Positions 58,840 to 64,000 of a stretch of 64,000 nucleotides of DNA are shown in pieces. The translations under genes and the position numbers were made by a program. The stretch's first letter is position 1. Every line of letters begins with the position of its first letter. This DNA is from an uncultured Verrucomicrobiae bacterium (lineage in GTDB: Bacteria; Verrucomicrobiota; Verrucomicrobiia; Chthoniobacterales; JAFAMB01): positions 64,001 through 128,000 of the forward strand of contig CAVXLD010000011.1 of the NCBI GenBank assembly GCA_963762565.1. Reading direction: 5' to 3'. The notes under the pieces are model-generated. The model had not been told where the DNA came from and did not search any database. It saw nothing but the letters and a program-made list of their open reading frames with translations.

Positions 58840-60618
58840 TTAGAAGTCGGCCCATAGTCGGAAAATAAACCGCACCTCATGCGCAGTAGTGTCCTGAGAG
58901 CTGATCATCGGGACAGCGATATCCAGTGAACCGTTGAAATGCTGATACAGCTGGATGCGGCTCCCGAATCCCCAGCTAGCCAGGTCAAAAACATCGTTCT
59001 GCTCCGGGAGCGGTTCTCGTATCGTTAAGGTGCCGGCATCTAGAAACGCGTAAAAACGCCACTCATCTTCTTTCTTATGCATCCAGCTCAGTAATGATGG
59101 GCTGCGCAATTCAACGGTCCCGAAAATGCCGTTATCACCTAGTTCCTCGGCTTCGTAATAACCGCGTACGGTTCCCAAGCCGCCGCCACCGATCTGCTCA
59201 CTATTCACCAATGGCTGATCGGCAACCTGGCCTTGTACCTTGGCATAGACCTGCATGCCTCCCGGCAAATCATGGGTATGAGATAAATCGCCCCGGAAGT
59301 AGATGAAGTTACCGCTGGCCTTAAACCGGGTGTTATCGAACTCGTTATCTTTGCTGCCCAATCCTCGGATACCGAAAGTAACCCCAGCGTTCAGATCGGT
59401 TTCCGAACCTTTCGGAACCCATGTCGCGGTATAAACCGCACTAACCGGATAGTAAGTGATCGGTGAGGTAAGCGCTCCAGTAGTGAGACCGACGCGTTGA
59501 TCGAAATGCTTCCAATCGAAACCGGCGCTGATCGACTCATAGAAATCTTTCCCGGCCGGCAACGTGAAAATACCGCGCATCCCGAAGATCGAACCCTTTC
59601 CGGCAACCGCGATGCTACCCAGCGTCGATACGTCGCTATTTTGCTTGGTCCCTTGCAGGAGGAGGCTGAATCCCTCGAATCCAGGGAAACGCGCTAAATA
59701 ATAACCGGAGAAAACTTCAGCGTCGCTCAGGTTTTCAGGTGCGATTTGAAAACTGAAACCGGCCGAATGTCCGAGTTGCCAGAAATTGTTATAACTAATT
59801 GAGCCATTGAGCCGGAGGGACGTCGTGTCGGGGCTGTTACGATCATTCAGCTCCAAACTCCCGTGCAACGGAAGGGTGTCTTTAACGTTAAGATCGATGT
59901 CCACCGTTCCCGGTTCCACTCCGGCGCGCAAAGTCGGTGTGATCCGTCGATCCGGTAATTGGTTAAGAGCCACAATGTCACGGGTCACATCGTTGAAGTT
60001 GGGAACGGTCCCTTCGGCGAGAGAGGGCGCCTGTTTCCGGATCTGGCTCAACGAAAAGTAACGCGAACCGAGGATGCGAAGCCGGCCAACCTTGCCTTCG
60101 ATCACTTGTAAGACCACCACACCATTCCGAACCTGCTGGGGCGGGATCTGTACGGCAACGGTCTGATATCCCTTATCCTGATAAGCCTTCTCCAGCGCAG
60201 CTCGTGCATGTTCTACATCCTCAGTAGTCCGGCCTGGACCGAGGTAAGGATAAACGGCCTCCTCTACCTCCAACGGAGTCAGCTTGTGCGACCCTTCAAC
60301 CCGATACTCTTGAATATAGATCTGCCGTTCATCTTGGCCTGAGCTCGTCGAATGGGCCTGCCCTGAGCCTGTCGAAGGAGCCTGCCCTGAGCTTGTCGAA
60401 GGGGTCTGCGCGTTCAATGACAATGGCGCTGTCGTTAAGACCGCCCAGAACCAATAAATGATAACAAGGAATCGCCGGCTTCCTGCCCAAATCGTGATGA
60501 CATCAAACACCGTCGCCGCAGCGACGGTGTGATCGCGCGCCCAATATTCTTTTGGGCTGATCCTTTCCGCTGTCATTTGTAGCAGTTGCCATCTTGGCAC
60601 TTCTGAATTTGCCACCAC
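58840..60618 (-). CDS. ShlB/FhaC/HecB (TpsB, Omp85) transporter; start uncertain
   Basis: POTRA motifs YRVEG..L...EVEEAVYPYLGP, LEKAYQDKGY, VIEGKVG; NSEQIGGGGLGTVRGY (VRGY motif); C-terminal RLWADF. Confidence 0.9.
   Translation of the reverse strand: MVANSEVPRWQLLQMTAERISPKEYWARDHTVAAATVFDVITIWAGSRRFLVIIYWFWAVLTTAPLSLNAQTPSTSSGQAPSTGSGQAHSTSSGQDERQIYIQEYRVEGSHKLTPLEVEEAVYPYLGPGRTTEDVEHARAALEKAYQDKGYQTVAVQIPPQQVRNGVVVLQVIEGKVGRLRILGSRYFSLSQIRKQAPSLAEGTVPNFNDVTRDIVALNQLPDRRITPTLRAGVEPGTVDIDLNVKDTLPLHGSLELNDRNSPDTTSLRLNGSISYNNFWQLGHSAGFSFQIAPENLSDAEVFSGYYLARFPGFEGFSLLLQGTKQNSDVSTLGSIAVAGKGSIFGMRGIFTLPAGKDFYESISAGFDWKHFDQRVGLTTGALTSPITYYPVSAVYTATWVPKGSETDLNAGVTFGIRGLGSKDNEFDNTRFKASGNFIYFRGDLSHTHDLPGGMQVYAKVQGQVADQPLVNSEQIGGGGLGTVRGYYEAEELGDNGIFGTVELRSPSLLSWMHKKEDEWRFYAFLDAGTLTIREPLPEQNDVFDLASWGFGSRIQLYQHFNGSLDIAVPMISSQDTTAHEVRFIFRLWADF
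60333..60404. repeat. 3 x 24-bp CCTGAGC(C/T)TGTCGAAGG palindromic repeat, in frame in tpsB
   Basis: Encodes PSTSSGQA-PSTGSGQA-HSTSSGQD just after the signal peptide. Confidence 0.8.
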
Positions 60619-60729
60619 ACCGAACGACTTTTCACGGCAGTTCAGATCTCGGGTAGAGGTTCAGTTTCCTAGCACTCATTTGCCCGGTCAAACAAGTGCT
60701 CGATTGTTACGATCCTGCGACAATCGGGT

Positions 60730-60968
60730 GTGAAAGGTGAGAGGTGAGAGGTGATTGCTGGGCGCGTGGTGAGTTGAGGAGATTGCTGAGCGCTGATGAC
60801 GTCCCAATCTAGTAGGAGTACGAGGACTAGAGTCTTCGGCCGAACAGGACTTAGGCGACTCGATGGACTTACGAATGAGTTCCCACAATTCGCATGATTT
60901 TCAGAGATCCCCCCTGTGATCAGGCCGGCGCTAGCGCTCCCTGACTTGCTCACCAATCACTAATCACC
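60730..60968. repeat. Heptamer-armed element between the FHA-like gene and tpsB
   Basis: GTGAAAGGTGAGAGGTGAGAGGTGATTG (60730-60757) faces CTCACCAATCACTAATCACC (60949-60968, contains the FHA stop). Confidence 0.7.
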
Positions 60969-63900
60969 CGAAGAATCCCCGCCGCCATACCCGAGGACTT
61001 CAACGATGATTACCGATTCAGGTTGTTGCTCGGCCTGATTCGCCTGTTGTTTGGCGACTTCGTTAGCGGCATTCGTGTTGGCCCCGGCGGCGTTACTAGC
61101 CGCAGTCACTGCCGCTACGTTCGGCGATACTACCGTCGGGATACCGGTGGTCTTGCCACTGACTGAAATATTAGCAGCGTTAACGATGACGCGGGCCGCC
61201 AGGTTTGCATTGCCCGAAGCGCGAATCCCTGCTTCACCGGCATTAATGGTTCCTTCCGGTGCAATCAGGTTCACATTACCGGCGGGGATGTCCGGGATGG
61301 GATCCAGGGTGCCGATACCGGCGCCGGAACTGGGCGAGGTCGGAGATAAGATAATATCGTTGTAATCGTCATAAACGATCCCGGGCGGCGCAAAGATGAC
61401 GGTGCCTTTGGCGCCAATACCCGCATTGATGTCGCCAGCGCCGGACCAGATCACGATATTGCCGCCATAGGTCGTAAGAATGCGGCTTTCCCCAAGCAGC
61501 ACGCTGCCTTCGGAATACATGTTAATATCGCCCGAGCCTTGGGTCAGGATACCCGCGTGCGCCCCCGGCGTAACCCCGGTAACTCCAACGATGGTTTGAC
61601 CACCCGGCACCAACGTCGTAATCCCGCCTCCGAAATCGGTCAAAATACTGCTATCGCCTGCTTGGCCGCTGAACATGGTCAGGCTGCCGTTATAAGTAAT
61701 TTTCTGCCCGTTTTTTGCTCCGGTGGTTGGGAATAGGGTTGCAATTGCTTCCTGACCTTGCAGATAGCTTTGATAAAAGGGGCTGGTCGGATCGTTATAT
61801 TCCAAACCGGACTGATTCAATTCACTGAAATAGACCTGCAACAGAAAGATGCTCTGTTGCTCGATCGGCAACGACTCAAAATAGGCCAGCGCTCCAGTCG
61901 AGGATCCGGTATAGCTATAGTTTTGTTGGAGCCAGGTTAACAACTGATGCTGATAGGTCTGAACCACTTTCCCGGGCTGGTCGACTAACAACTGATTAGG
62001 ATTCGCCAGGTTAGCCGGATTCAGATAGAAATTGGCGAATCCCTCCCAATTCGGTCCTTCGGAACCGACTCCGGCAAACACAATGATTCCGGCGCCGCCG
62101 TCCGGATTCTTGATCTTAGGAGCGCCGATTAGACCGATCGACACGATGTTACCCTGGTCACCCTGATAGACGTTACCACCCGCGCTGACCTCCAAATTAC
62201 CGGGTCCGGCAATATCAACGTTAGCGAATAAAATCTCGTTCCCGGCCGAAACCACCGACACATCGGTTTTGGAATTATTCAGGATGAAGCTAGGACTGCT
62301 ACTGGATTGACCAAAATTGACAATGTCATCTCCGGCCCGGATGTCCACGGCTTTCGCACCGATATATTCCGGCACGGTTTGGCCACCGAAACTGGTAGTC
62401 GTGAGTTGTCCGAACTGCAGTCCAACAATGTCACCGGTCACCGCATAGATTAGAGCCGGCGCGTTATCGTTTGCGTGCAGGGTTCCAGAAGCAGAATCCA
62501 GTTCAAACGCAAATAGAGTCGGGTTGTCATGAGGAGGCGTGGTGGCGGGAATCGTGTTCCAGGCTAACGCCATAAGAGAGGTCAGCGCAGTCCCAGGGGT
62601 GTGCCCCATGGTGGAGAGTAAGTAGAAAGCGGGATCGAACGGACTAGGCAGAGAACCGGCGGCCGTGCTCGCCCCGGATATTTCAAAGATCTGCCCGCTG
62701 ACGCTTCCTGAGCCCGCCTCGGCATAGATCGATTGCTCGGCCAGAATTTCTAGTTGCCCGTTAGGTGAGGGGGCTAGTTCAAGCGGGCTGCTGAGACCGG
62801 CGTAAACGCTCCCACTCGTTGCGAAAAGGCGCAGGGTTGCAGGGAACAACCCCTGATTGCCACTCTCGGAAGAGTTTACGGCATTCGGTACAATGTTTCC
62901 GCCGGCCGACAGCCCTTCGATCGAAGTTGCTGCTGTCCAGAGCGAGAAGAAAGAATTGGCAAGTCCCTGATTTGATGGATCGGCTGTTTCGGTCCCCTCT
63001 GTCGTGTTCACAACACTGAAGGGATTAATGATACCGGCATCAGTAGCGTTACCGAGAACCAAATCACCGCGAACTTGAATTTGGATGGTGGCGTCGCCCG
63101 GAATCAATTGAGGCCCGCCAAAGGCGTAGCTGTAGACGGCCGCGGTGGAGACGCCGGTCGGCCGCGAATCTCCGGTACCGGATTGCCCGTAAACCAGGTC
63201 GATTCCCCCGATCGAACCCGCCTGAATGTTCAGATTTCCGCGGAGATTCACGAAAGTGCCGCCGGAGAAACCGGGATCGATGGCATTACCGTAGCCTACC
63301 GCAACCGGGTTCAACGTCTCGCCGATTTCCACCGTAACATTTCCGCCGCCAGTTTCCACCAGGTCGCCTCCTCCTGAGCCGTTGATTGAAACCACTCGAC
63401 CGGTGGCGCCAATTGCGATGACGAGACTGCCGCTGGTTTCGGTGTTGGATGAAAAGGCCATGACGCCGGCGTTACCGCCCGCCGAAACCATTACATTGCC
63501 TCCGCCGAGGGCACCGATGCCGGTAAACCCGGCAACGAACGGAGCACCGGTGTCGTTAGGGGCGTACGTTCCGAAATTAATCCACCAAGCGGCGTGTTGG
63601 CCGATAAGACTACCGCCCTGGGTCCACAACCAATTGCTCACGTTGTACGTTGCGGAGTAGATGCCGTTTAGCCCGGTCACGCTGAAGCCGGTGATATCTC
63701 CCTGCGCCAAAACGAGCACATTGCCGCCGCCAGCCGGATAATAGGCCTGATAGTCATTACTGGCGATGTACTCATAGACCGAGCTCGCATAGTTACTTCC
63801 TAGAATACTTCCTTGGTAATTACCGCGAGGCAAATCGAACGATCCGCCGTCCGCGGCCGTAATGGTCGGTGTCCGCGCTCCGGCCGTATAAATGCCATAC

Positions 63901-64000
63901 AACGAATCTTCAACGAAACTTCCTCCCGCCAGGAGATCAAGATAGCCGGTGCCCGTCCTGATCACGCTGAAAATCGGCGTATTGCTCGCCAGATCGTAAT
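60960..64000 (-). CDS. Large filamentous-hemagglutinin-like exoprotein, C-terminal part (DUF3739-like end); 5' end outside the window
   Basis: Gly/Ser/Asn-rich beta-helix-like sequence, IRTGTG.LDL.AG, GILTQGSGDI.....GS...GESRILT..GG.I.IWS..GDINAG.GAK, GTINAGEAGIRASGN, terminal IIVEVLGYGG. The frame appears open to the window end. Confidence 0.88.
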   Translation of the reverse strand, partial: YDLASNTPIFSVIRTGTGYLDLLAGGSFVEDSLYGIYTAGARTPTITAADGGSFDLPRGNYQGSILGSNYASSVYEYIASNDYQAYYPAGGGNVLVLAQGDITGFSVTGLNGIYSATYNVSNWLWTQGGSLIGQHAAWWINFGTYAPNDTGAPFVAGFTGIGALGGGNVMVSAGGNAGVMAFSSNTETSGSLVIAIGATGRVVSINGSGGGDLVETGGGNVTVEIGETLNPVAVGYGNAIDPGFSGGTFVNLRGNLNIQAGSIGGIDLVYGQSGTGDSRPTGVSTAAVYSYAFGGPQLIPGDATIQIQVRGDLVLGNATDAGIINPFSVVNTTEGTETADPSNQGLANSFFSLWTAATSIEGLSAGGNIVPNAVNSSESGNQGLFPATLRLFATSGSVYAGLSSPLELAPSPNGQLEILAEQSIYAEAGSGSVSGQIFEISGASTAAGSLPSPFDPAFYLLSTMGHTPGTALTSLMALAWNTIPATTPPHDNPTLFAFELDSASGTLHANDNAPALIYAVTGDIVGLQFGQLTTTSFGGQTVPEYIGAKAVDIRAGDDIVNFGQSSSSPSFILNNSKTDVSVVSAGNEILFANVDIAGPGNLEVSAGGNVYQGDQGNIVSIGLIGAPKIKNPDGGAGIIVFAGVGSEGPNWEGFANFYLNPANLANPNQLLVDQPGKVVQTYQHQLLTWLQQNYSYTGSSTGALAYFESLPIEQQSIFLLQVYFSELNQSGLEYNDPTSPFYQSYLQGQEAIATLFPTTGAKNGQKITYNGSLTMFSGQAGDSSILTDFGGGITTLVPGGQTIVGVTGVTPGAHAGILTQGSGDINMYSEGSVLLGESRILTTYGGNIVIWSGAGDINAGIGAKGTVIFAPPGIVYDDYNDIILSPTSPSSGAGIGTLDPIPDIPAGNVNLIAPEGTINAGEAGIRASGNANLAARVIVNAANISVSGKTTGIPTVVSPNVAAVTAASNAAGANTNAANEVAKQQANQAEQQPESVIIVEVLGYGGGDSSGD

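Noticed and set aside
60960..61400. CDI toxin/immunity module at the FHA C-terminus
   Set aside because: There is no VENN-like pre-toxin motif or small immunity gene; the end looks like the conserved DUF3739-type tail.

Overview
A ~55% GC bacterial chromosomal window. Gene content and repeat style suggest a soil Verrucomicrobiota (Spartobacteria-like) genome; this is inference only. Left part: a partial DUF2851 gene, a GxxExxY gene, a PhnP-like MBL hydrolase, recN, prepilin peptidase, gmhA, a frameshifted Lhr helicase, a broken phospholipase C/phosphoesterase, a YVTN beta-propeller, an L,D-transpeptidase, pdxH-ogg-comB and tonB-exbB-exbD-def. Middle: a DUF2076 gene, a serpin, AraC and LysR regulators, RND/MFP/MFS efflux genes, an alpha-galactoside ABC/melA/LacI cluster, a four-helix-bundle gene and a large Ser/Thr kinase. 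Right part: a metallophosphoesterase, a Tat ferritin-like protein and a minus-strand operon of FHA-like exoprotein, TpsB, DUF2341/LamG/ExbB, ExbD, TonB, porin, coiled-coil protein and PPIase. No rRNA, tRNA, CRISPR array or transposase was recognised. The main unexplained structure is a dense population of fold-back elements. Inverted 7-, 8- and 9-mer microsatellite arms sit at gene junctions, often supplying the upstream stop codon and ending at the next start codon. They are empty, filled with REP-like elements, or enclose a single small gene (GxxExxY inside 9-mer arms, four-helix bundle inside 7-mer arms). Several REP/REPIN-like and small palindromic families nest inside each other and insert in frame into proteins. 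Frameshifts cluster at about 7.3-14.8 kb and may be assembly errors. All product calls are from motif recognition by eye, without database searches.
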